Part shown: piece after piece, positions 12,358 to 25,400 of the stretch
How positions within the stretch are numbered: the stretch's first letter is position 1
Layout of the letters: each line of letters opens with the position of its first letter
Source: Antedon mediterranea
Taxonomy: Eukaryota; Animalia; Echinodermata
Direction of reading: 5' to 3'
NCBI RefSeq assembly: GCF_964355755.1
Contig: NC_092670.1
Span: forward strand, 22,120,795 to 22,184,794
DNA length: 64,000 nt
Made by a program: the position numbers and the translations under genes
The notes under the pieces: generated by a model
Seen by the model: only the letters and a program-made list of their open reading frames with translations
What the model was told of the DNA's origin: nothing
Databases searched by the model: none

Positions 12358-15300
12358 ATGTGTGATGATCATAACACCATAGAGATGGACACGGTACATG
12401 ACCCAATGTCACCAACAAGGTCAGACGTTGGGTCATTTGGAGAGGTCTTTAAAGGGGGAACATGGAAAAAGTAAGTACACTAAAGACTAAAGAAAGTTCT
12501 TTTCAGAACTAATATATGTATTTTACTGCAAATATATTGTAGATATTAACAAATATCATATAGAGTAATAATCATGATGATGATAATCATTATTAAATTA
12601 ATCAAGTCCCAATTGACGATTATCAACTACAGTACTATTATTGACCACAAAGTACTGTACTACTACCAATCACATCATAACATTTCAACATTACATATCA
12701 TTCACCACCATTACATATTATTCACCACCATTACATATTATTCACCACCATTACATATTATTCACCACCATTACATATTATTCACCACCATTACATATCA
12801 TTCACCACCATTACATATCATTCACCACCATTACATATCATTCTCCACCATTACATATCATTCACCACCATTACATATTATTCACCACCATTACATATTA
12901 TTCACCACCATTACATATTATTCACCACCATTACATATCATTCACCACCATTACATATCATTCACCACCATTACATATCATTATCCACCATTACATATCA
13001 TTCACCACCATTACATATCATTCACCACCATTACATATTATTCACCACCATTACATATCATTCACCACCATTACATATCATTCACCACCATTACATATCA
13101 TTCACCACCATTACATATCATTCTCCACCATTACATATCATTCACCACCATTACATATTATTCTCCACCATTACATATTATTCACCACCATTACATATTA
13201 TTCACCACCATTACATATTATTCACCACCATTACATATTATTTTCCACCATTACATATTATTATTCACCACCATTACATATCATTCACCACCATTACATA
13301 TCATTCATCACCATTACATATTATTCAACACCATTACATATTATTCAACACCATTACATATTATTCTCCAACATTACATATCATTGACCACCATTACATA
13401 TCATTCACCACCATTACATATTATTCTCCACCATTACTGTACATATTATTCTCCACCATTACATATTATTCACCACCATTACATATCATTCACCACCATT
13501 ACATAATTATTATTCTCCACCATTACATATTATTATTCACCACCATTACATATCATTCACCACCATTACATATTATTCACCACCATTACATATTATTCAC
13601 CACCATTACATATTATTCACCACCATTACATATCATTCACCACCATTACATATCATTCACCACCATTACATATCATTCACCACCATTACATATCATTCAC
13701 CACCATTACATATCATTCACCACCATTACATATCATTCACCACCATTACATATCATTCACCACCATTACATATTATTCACCACCATTACATATTATTCAC
13801 CACCATTACATATTATTCACCACCATTACATATCATTCACCACCATTACATATCATTCACCACCATTACATATCATTCACCACCATTACATATTATTCAC
13901 CACCATTACATATTATTCACCACCATTACATATCATTCACCACAATTACATATCATTCACCACCATTACATATCATTCACCACCATTACATATTATTCAC
14001 CACCATTACATATTATTCACCACCATTACATATCATTCACCACCATTACATATCATTCACCACCATTACATATTATTCACCACCATTACATATCATTCAC
14101 CACCATTACATATCATTCACCACCATTACATATCATTCACCACCATTACATATCATTCATCACCATTACATATCATTCACCACCATTACATATTATTCTC
14201 CAACATTACATATCATTGACCACCATTATATATTATTCTCCACCATTACATATTATTCTCCACCATTACATATTATTCTCCACCATTACATATTATTCAC
14301 CACCATTACATATCATTCACCACCATTACATATTATTCACCACCATTACATATTATTCTCCACCATTACATATTATTCTCCACCATTACATATTATTCTC
14401 CACCATTACATATTATTCACCACCATTACATATTATTCACCACCATTACATATTATTCTCCACCATTACATATTATCCTCCACCATTACATATTATTCAC
14501 CACCATTACATATTATTCTCCAACATTACATATCATTGACCACCATTACATATTATTCTCCACCATTACATATCATTGACCACCATTACATATTATTCTC
14601 CACCATTACATATTATTCACCACCATTACATATTATTCTCCACCATTACATATTATTCTCCACCCTTACATATTATTCTCCACCATTACATATTATTCTC
14701 CAGACAACCAAGTTATCAAAAATGTTAAAAAGTCATTAATACAAGTGTTTTCTTTCTCAAGAATTGTTCATTCTTGTACTGTGATACTAACTCGTTCCTT
14801 CCATTTTCTTTTCTTCCTTAATCTTTCCTTCGTTTTAATCCATTCTTTATTCTAATCAACTATTGTAATATGTGATTATCATGGTAATTAATACACAAAT
14901 CAGAAGATTTTAAGTATTCATTAATTATAAAGTACTCATTAAACAGTCAAGGGATCATTTTAAAATAAAATAGTATTCATTTTTGTAAGACTGTCCTGTT
15001 TAGGCTAATCATACTATTACTACTACTAGTACTACATAAAAGTACTTAAGTGGAGTTGAACTTGACTACTCTAACCAGCAACCTTGTGATACATAGTTCA
15101 TTATCAATAATACTGATTTTGCCACTATTAAGCCATTTAGTATACAGTGGTTGACATTTTATATACTGATATTAATATTACATACAGTAGGTTTAATTAT
15201 ACAATAGTTTAAATATTGTTTTTATGGTCCCTTCCCTATTTAAAGTATTTAGTACACTAGACAGTGATTACATACATTAACTATGACATTGGATTTGATG

Positions 15301-18300
15301 GTATGATAAGATCAAAGCTTACTGTAGGTCAAAGTACAGTAATAATCAAACTACCATATCTTCAGGGAATTCCACAGTCCAGGTTTCATGCACTTTTAAA
15401 GGCCAGGTGCCGGCAAAAAATTCTATTGATCATACATTCCAATAATTATCGATCTATAGTTTCCCCTATGTTTCATAATTTTTGGGATTTTATTTGTGTT
15501 ACACAAGCTTGTTGAAAATAAGCACTTTCTTATCAGTGGGGGGGGGGGGGGGGATAGTTCAAATTACACAGTAAAATCTCTATTCTTTTGTACACAAATT
15601 TTGTAAATAGAGAGGCGTTTTAAAAAGCTATGAAAAATAAACGGTGTGTGGTAAAAAATGTTATCAAATGACTAAACATAGGTAATATAACTTGAATTTT
15701 ATATTTCTGGTATTTTTATTCAACTTCAGAATTTTATTTTCATGCTATAGCAAAAATTATCCACCGTATATCCACTATCTTTTTTCACCTTCTAGGGAGT
15801 CACCAGACATGTTATTACATTAATGTTATTGTTAACTACCTATTTTTTTGGCAGAATTTTGCCAAATTTTGTATTTGACCATATTAGGGGAAATTCATGT
15901 TTTTTTCGTCTTGATTTCTGTTACAAATATTAGATTTATGTACAATTAACCAGATATTATGTTTAAAATTCATGCCTGTACCTGAGCTTTAAGGGCTTGT
16001 TCTACTGTAGCAGGAGAATAAAGTTTTTCATGACAACAAAAATGACAGATGCTCTCTTACAAAAACCCCTATTAAGGGACACTTTCCCGTGAAGCGAAAA
16101 AAGAGCAATATGTACACTACAGTACAGGAGACATTACTATTAGTATTATTAAGGGTACACCTACTACTGAAACATATGTTATGGGTAACACTACGGCCAA
16201 CCTTTTAAAGGGACACAGAGGTGTGTTATGGGTAACACTACGGCCAACCTTTTAAAGGGACACAGAGGTGTGTTATGGGTAACACTACGGCCAACCTTTT
16301 AAAGGGACACAGAGGTGTGTTATGGGTAACACTACGGCCAACCTTTTAAAGGGACACAGAGGTGTGTTATGGGTAACACTACGGCCAACCTTTTAAAGGG
16401 ACACAGAGGTGTGTTATGGGTAACACTACAGCCAACCTTTTAAAGGGACACAGAGGTGTGTTATGGGTAACACTACGGCCAACCTTTTAAAGGGACACAG
16501 AGGTGTTCTACTGTAGGTTTTTAATTACTTTATTATTTTTATTATATTGTTAATGTTCTATACTGAACTTTGGAAAACGATGTTTTAGCACTGAAAGTGT
16601 CATTTAGTATAATGACAGAATAAATAAATACAATTATAATAATAAATGTAAATCATTTTCATTTATTTCTGAATTCATCCATACGTACAAATAACAAAAT
16701 CTAAAGAACCCTAACATTACAACTACTGTACAGATCTTGTGCATACAAAAGACGTATTTAGTCTTTGGGTTAGAAGCTCTGAAAGATAATGATAAAATTA
16801 TAAAATTTAATTTTAACTGGTGTAAACATCCTAAAATGTGTGTCATGAAATAGCTTCACTTGCTCATAAATATGATAATGATTGTTTCCTTTTGCTACAC
16901 CAATCTATGTAAAATTATCTACTCTGATTTTTGTTATTTTTCTATTCAGGGGACACTTTCCTGTGAAACGAAATAGGAGGCAATACTTTATATTAACGTT
17001 TAAATGTGAAGGCCAACCCCTATTCAGAGAACATCCCTACTATTATATATTGTACCTGCCAACTTTTTCAGTGGCCAATGCGCGAGACATTAAATTAAAT
17101 TGTATATAGCGCCCTCTATGTTATAACCCAAAATAATCGCGAAATATGCTGTATATGTTAAATTTTTCGTCAAATTGAGTTAGGCTTTACTGTACTACAT
17201 CATATCATAAAATAAACATAGGCCTAGGCTAATTATGCTCAAATTGATTAAATAAAGTGTACTATTTTCATCCAAAATAGGCACTTTAATTTCAAAATAA
17301 TGTTTTTTCTGATATGTTTATGGATGCATGAGAAACCATTTATCCGATGAAATTATAGTCTGCCTTAATCATACAGATTCGCTACATAAACATTGCAAGT
17401 GATATTTTTCTGTAAAGTTATTGATCATTTATTGTATTAATTTACACTAAATTGCTACAATATCAATTTACTGAGTGATGTTATTGACTGTAGTATAATA
17501 CGTTTTCTGTAATTGATAGCTATACTATAAATTAATAGCCCTCATCTTTCATTGTAAAAATTAGATAGTTATGGGATAGATTCTGAGGTTGCTATTATTA
17601 TTAGCATTGTTTGAAAAATTAAATCCTTAAAGATATATTGTCTCCCTGAAAAAAATAATTTTTAAATATTTTTTGTTGTATACTGTACAGTATATCATTT
17701 TGACTTTGAGTTTGACAAATAATTGGATTTAAAAAAAATGTATTTACCTCAAAAAATTGTAATTTAAAGCAAAAAAAATAGTCAAATTTAACCATTTATT
17801 TTGTCATTATAGTAAAAACATTATTTTATTTTTTTTAAATAACCTATTCAAAGTCTGATTTTATTAATCTTCATTTTCCATGTTTTTGGAGAACAATAAA
17901 CAGAGGGCAGTATAATGATTTTTAAAACTTCTCTGTATGCACTTAAAGCGTGTAGGCAAATTAAAGTAGGCATGTAATTTACAATATTAAATATCTGGAT
18001 AATAATATTAATATATCCATGGATATATCAGCAGGTTTCCAAATTGTCTGTAATTTCGATATCATCATGTACAATGATTTAAAAACTATATAAAACAATA
18101 AATAAGCAATGAATTGTTTGATTGAGAAAGAATGAGACTGTATAGTTAGTAGGCAATACTGGCAGCAGAAACAGGCCAAATTTACTGTACAGTACAATAT
18201 ATTATTTGGTCTAGTAAACTCTTCACTCCATGGTTTAGTTGGACTTATTGTTTTGGCATAGTCTAAAAACAGTCGCCTTTTGCTGAGTGATCAACATCAT

Positions 18301-19413
18301 CTTTAACCTAGTAAACTTCTTTTAATGTTATTTTCAAACAAGAGAATAATAAATTAAATGAGATTCTAATGGGTTACTTTATTAGATGATGAATAGAAGA
18401 AGGTCAAAGGTTATACCAGTTCCATCATTCTCATCACTTGCAATTGATATGAATATTATTGTGTAGCGATGATTGATGATGGTGAATAACTAGTCACTTT
18501 TATATTGGTTTTAAATTGCTGTGCCTTGGTAACACTTTACTATACTGTTTTGACTTTTGGTTCATTGCAATTTAAAGAGAAAAATATGGTGTTTTTGGCC
18601 CTAATTCCAATTTATATAAACACAGTGTTGTCAGTGGTGGAACTCTATAATGTCAACAACAATTGTATATCAGCTTGTATCAGTTAAAACTATTGTACTG
18701 TATACTGTATCAGTAAAACTACTATTTTGTTATTCAATATATACTGTAGTAGTATTAGTAGTACTCTCATTACTCGCATTACTCACAAATACTCACTCAA
18801 ACTAGAAAGCCACTCCGAGAGTGCATACCTCCGCCTACTGTAAAATTCTAATACATAAGATTTCTCCGGGAAAAAATATATATATTTGTGTGTGTCTTAA
18901 TGCTGTTTGTGATTTAGGCTAACTACAAAGCATGTGTATGCAAGTTTGGTGTAATGGTTATGTAACAAGCCTTTCAATTAACAATAGCTTCAGTTGACTA
19001 ACAATAGAACAGCAACGCGAAAATCAAACGAGTGAATTTGAAAAGAAATAGGTTTTTAAACTACTCGCATCAAAAAAGGTGCACATTAAATCAAATTATG
19101 TTTTAAAATTACAAATCACCAATTATTGCCTTTTGTACAAAAATGAAGTTTTTTGGACAAGTAGTTCTCGAGAAAATGCAATTTCAGTTTACTTATTACT
19201 TTAAGACTGCTCGCTGGCTTTTGAAAAATTCTGTCCTATCTTTTAACACTAGCAGATCTGAAAAGTATACTAAAAAGTGGTTCAGAATTGGAACCATGGT
19301 CCCAAATGGTCCCAAAATTTAATGGAATGGTCCTTGACCACATATCTATGTATATTCATTTTGGTAAAGATCCTGTAATTACTTTTTGAGTAATCCTGCT
19401 AACAAACAAACAA

Positions 19414-19444
<31 letters not shown>

Positions 19445-22400
19445 AACAGACAGACAGACAAACAAACACACGCGATCGATTACATATACCTCCTTGGTGG
19501 AGGTAAAATATATATTTTGAAATACAGAATGATGTACTGTGATATTTTATTGTTATATTTTAGAAATGATGATTCAATATTTGTTCAGGCTAATAACTTT
19601 AAACAATACTACTGTAATATATTCAGTGTCTTTATTAGTAATAATAGACTATTTTAAATTCTCAAGTTATGTTTGATACACATCATGACAATAATTATTA
19701 TTACAGTTACTATATTGTATGTTATTGTAAAATAATGTACTCTGTGTAGACTGCACTGAATGATGTACTATGATTTTAATTATTATTTTTTAGAAATAAT
19801 AATTTAATATTTGTTGAGGTTGATAACTTTAAACAATATATATATATAAATATATATTCAGTGTCTTTATTAGTAATAATAGACTATTAACATTCTCAAG
19901 TGATTTTGGTGGATCATCACTACAGTACATTCTCTTTAATTAATCATAGCTGATCTATTTATTGTGTGATGCTATTTATTCCACAGTTTGTGCCTGTGGA
20001 TCATCAATGCAAATAGATTGTCCACATATGTTTTTATAAACAGTAACTGCAGAAAGCCCAACAGGATCCTTGGGGTCTATCTATTTGTCATCACCAATAC
20101 ATTAACCCAAATTGAATGTAAACACTCAAATGTCTAAGTAGGCTGATTGTCTCTAGCCTCAACCCTGACCTAAACCTCTCAGGCTGCTAGAAAAGTATTT
20201 CTAATAAACATCAAAACAGCAAGATACTAATAAAAAAAAAATTATGAAGTCAATAACCTATCTTATAAACTTAATTTTAATTCTATGCCAAATGATTTTG
20301 TTTTGGAGAAGTTAATTCTGTGAAATAGACAATTAAATCAAAGTAATTGCAGATTAATTTTCGAAATACAGGTGCATCCAAAAGAACATACAATTATTAA
20401 AAATAATAATTTACAAAAATAAAAGTTAAATTAAATTCCAAGAAAGTATTCTAATTATAAATGCAGAACATAATTGAATCAGTATATAATTTATAAAGCT
20501 CTGTCTACATTATCAAACTTTATGCAACAAAAAAATGTGATGTGCCCATATATGGACATGATGATATCATATCACTACAATATTTAGGCATATTACTACC
20601 ATATACGGGTACATCACACTTTTTTTGTCAAACTAGTTTGATAGTGTAGACAGAGTTTAAGTCCGGATGGAATGCTAAATAAACAAATAAACTACCAAAG
20701 ACTTTCAAACAATTGAAAACGAAATAAACAACTGTGCCTCCACTTATGTTGTGATATGATATTATAATCTCAAAATCGTGCAGCATGTCTCAACTTGAAT
20801 CTAGCACAAAGCACAAAAAAAAGCCATCAATTCAATAGACTGCATTTGCTCTTCAATTCTTGATGAGAACATCACACAAAGTGCAAAGCCTTGCACCAAT
20901 TTATATATTGAGACTTAAGATTTTCTATAATCTCAGTCTTGGGTAAATTTGTAAATTTATATTTTGATGAAGGTAAGTACATTTAATACCTAGCTGTAAT
21001 TATACTGTAGTTATTAAATTCATGTTTTAGCTCCAACAACAGTACCATACGGCATAATGCGGTAGTATACAGGCTTATGTTTCTATATTGGCTCTTATTT
21101 TCTATCTTATTATAACTGTCTTCAACTTTTCATTATGATCTGCTTAAAATATAAATTTTTGTCAGATATTTTGTTGTTTTTTTTTTTCATTTTTGTGGTA
21201 AATGTATTTCAAATGTTGCAACCCATTCATTAACTACGTACAGTTGCGGAATGGAATTATCCATAATGTATGTCCCTTTTGTAGATGATGATGACATTGA
21301 TATATTGTTTTATGAATTTGAACGTGTCTAATGACAAGATTCAACAGGCATAGGGACATCTTGAAATAATTATTAGTGTCTCTTATTAAGAACTGCTACA
21401 GGTAACTTGTCAAATATCATCATGATTTTCCATAACAGTATTGACACTGCATAATAACCTACAGTATATAACCATATTCATATTAAATGTAGTGAACTTT
21501 TACAATTTCTGGAGTACTAATAATAATGGTGGTAATTGGAAGAGTAAGTCCTGGACTATTCAATTTCATGATTTTTTGGAAAGTACTGTTGTACTAGTGA
21601 ACTTTGTTGAGTATAGCATTCCACAAAACCCATTGATCTGTTTAAATGTACTAGTGAACTTATTCCAATTCTGGAGTATATAGCATACCACTAAACCCAT
21701 TTATTGTTTAAATATACTACTACACTAGTACTAACTAGTGAACGTATACCAATTCTGGAGTATACCATACTATTAAACCCATTTATTGTTTAAATATACT
21801 ACTACACTCAGGCCTGACTACACTAGTACTAACTAGGGAACTTATGCCAATTGTGGAGTATACCATACCATTAAACCCATTTATTGTTTAAATATACTAC
21901 TACACTAGTACTAACTAGTGAACTTATTCCAATTCTGGAGTATACCATACCATTAAACCCATTTATTGTTTAAATATACTACTACACTAGTACTAACTAG
22001 TGAACTTATACCAATTCTGGAGTATACCATACCATTAAACCCATTTATTGTTTAAATATACTACTACACTAGTACTAACTAGTGAACTTATTCCAATTCT
22101 GGAGTATACCATACCATTAAACCCATTTATTGTTTAAATATACTACTACACTAGTACTAACTAGTGAACTTATACCAATTCTGGAGTATACCATACCATT
22201 AAACCCATTTATTGTTTAAATATACTACTACACTAGTACTAACTAGTGAACTTATTCCAATTCTGGAATATACCTTACCATACCATTAAACCCATTTATT
22301 GTTTAAATATACTACTACACTAGTACTAACTAGTGAACTTATACCAATTCTGGAGTATACCATACCATTAAACCCATTTATTGTTTAAATATACTACTGC

Positions 22401-25400
22401 ACTAGTACTAACTAGTGAACTTATACCAATTCTGGAATATACCATACCATTAAACCCATTTATTGTTTAAATATACTACTACACTAGTACTAACTAGTGA
22501 AATTATTCCAATTCTGGAGTATACCATACCATTAAACCCATTTATTGTTTAAATATACTACTACACTAGTACTAACTAGTGAACTTATTCCAATTCTGGA
22601 GTATACCATACCATTAAACCCATTTATTGTTTAAATATACTACTACACTAGTACTAACTAGTGAACTTATTCCAATTCTGGAGTATACCATACCATTAAA
22701 CCCATTTATTGTTTAAATATACTACTACACTAGTACTAACTAGTGAACTTACCTGTATACCAATTCTGGAGTATATAATATAGCATACCACTAAACCCAT
22801 TTATTGTTTAAATATACTACTACACTAGTACTAACTAGTGAACTTATTCCAATTCTGGAGTATACCATACCATTAAACCCATTTATTGTTTAAATATACT
22901 ACTACACTAGTACAAACTAGTGAACTTACCTGTATACCAATTCTGGAGTATACCATACTATTAAACCCATTTATTGTTTAAATATACTACTACACTAGTA
23001 CTAACTAGTGAACTTATTCCAATTCTGGAGTATACCATACCATTAAACCCATTTATTGTTTAAATATACTACTACACTAGTACTAACTAGTGAACTTACC
23101 TGTATACCAATTCTGGAGTATATAATATAGCATACTATTAAACCCATTTATTGTTTAAATATACTACTACACTAGTACTATTACTAACTGAACTTATTCC
23201 AATTCTGGAGTACAGTATATACACAGTATTGTCTTTTTCTTTTAAAATTCCTTTGAATGAAGAACATTGGTTATCTTTGTAAGTGTTCATCGTCTGATTT
23301 TATTTTCTCTTTACCTTCTATTTAATTTCAAAGTACTTTAATTATTCCTCGAATTTAAGATGGTAGCGTAGGATATGAAAGTGCATTACTCCTTTCAAAA
23401 ATTATTGTTTGCAAAAAACTTTCTGAAATAACACTTTCTTAAAAACTGACAGTAAATTACAATATATTTAGATATATTACAGAATCAGTGATAAAAATAC
23501 CAACCATGGTAAATATTAGTACCTGTCCATCCAATAACGTCCAGCCACCTATTTTAGAATACATTTGTTGAAGAATTGAAGTGAGACTATTAATTATTCA
23601 AGTGGCCTTGATACCAGAATTCTATTTACTGGCTTTTGACTGTTTACAATCAGTTGATCACAGCAAGCCAACCAGCTTGTACCTACTCTCTCACAGCAAG
23701 TATCTGTCAGGGATTACAAGCTTCAACTCACCCAGACTAAACAATATATACAAAGATTTTTAAACGATTTTTAATTATCTCTGATCAGGACGATTGACTC
23801 CAATTGATGATACAACTATTAAGCTGGAATTATAATATTTTTGTCAGTTTGCAACTTAAGTTCTTTATCTAGTAAAAGTAACTTAATAGAATTGTACTTT
23901 TTTGGGATGTAACTACTGTACTTGTTAATTCTGATTTGGTCATTATGTTGTCACGAAAAGTTGCAATGGAAGTTATCGCCGAGGAGGAGGATAGTACAGT
24001 TACTTTAACTCAAGTTGTGTAAGTATTTGATAAATAGTATTATGCTTTAAAGTGCTAAAACCTTTTGTTTAATCTTCTGAAGAATTTGAGATAAAGCTTG
24101 AAATTTATTGGAAAGAGAAACAATTTTATTTATCAATACAATTTTGAAGTTCATTTTACAGGACTTGTAAAGAGAAACTCTTGTAAAAAGATTTCTTTTT
24201 TGGTCAACAAGACCTGTTAGCTTTAACCCAGAGGTAGATACATTTATACCCTAACATTTTAATATATATAATAAATGAGTCTAAATACTGGCAACCTTAC
24301 CTTTTAACTATTATTATTTTAATCAGTATTCCGATAATAGTAATACATACAGTAGCATGACATTTCTATACAAATGGCATTACTGATTTCTAGTGTAAAC
24401 ATAACCACATTTTTGGAATACACAAGTTGTAGGCATCATAGCAATGACAGGTTATAAAGCACCTGGCTCCAGTTAGGAAAAGGTGTGTTTGGTGGATAAA
24501 GATCTTGGTTAATAAGGATTATATTTAATCCATAAATAAATGAGATTTAAATGGATAGAGCTTTAGACAAGGACAAAATATAATGTAACAACAAATTACA
24601 ATAAATGAAAAACAAGAATATAATTAATCTATATAAATATTCGGTTTACCAATGGCATAATTCAGTGCAACTCACAAAACAATATAATGATACCATAAAA
24701 TATGAAAACAATTAGTACCACCTCGCCTCCCTCAAAACCAAACATTGCCTGTTGTATTTATTCATTTATCGACAATGCTCTCCTAAAAAGTATACTTGTT
24801 GCAGTATACTAAATTTTATCCTGTTTTGACTTATTTGAAAATGAATAAAAATAGTAATTCTTAGATGGGACTCGAACCCACAACCTTCATATCACTAGCA
24901 TGGTGTTCATACTTCTAGACCACAAGTTTGTGTTGATAGCTAGGGTTAGATTTGAGCCCAAGCAAGGAAGCAGCAAATACTACACCGTCACCAGTATGAT
25001 GACATGTTTCCTAATATGTTTGTGAAGTAATCTTTGCATTAGAGGGCTAAAGTTCAATAGTTTAAATAATTAAACAATTATCAACTATTATTTAATTAAA
25101 TATAACAACATTTAGGGTCCAAAAACTTGCATAGAAATCTAATAATGTATCTATCAGAATACTGTACTGTTTTAAGTTGTGATGAGGTTTCAAAATGGTA
25201 TGTTATTTGTATCATGGTAGAATGGTTACCAGATGTTTGATGCCTGCTACTGGTCTGTGCCTAGCAGCACTCAACATTAAGTTTTACCACCTGTATTAAC
25301 AGTCTTTAATTGGCTGACATTGTTTTTTTCCTGCCAATTACATACAACGGGTGTGGCCTATTTCATCTGTAATGATATCAGTGTTAACAATGGATTTTAA

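Noticed and set aside
12574-14739. Long His/Tyr-rich ORFs (up to 310 aa)
   Set aside because: They are translations of a 20-bp intronic minisatellite, open in multiple frames.
16177-16505. CRISPR-like appearance of regular repeats (also 21648-23212 and 51708-52233)
   Set aside because: Units are contiguous with no unique spacers, there are no cas genes, and the context is eukaryotic.
20960-20980. Strong donor ATGAAG|GTAAGT as another iRhom coding exon
   Set aside because: It is phase 0, incompatible with the phase-2 acceptors; at most an unverified non-coding exon.
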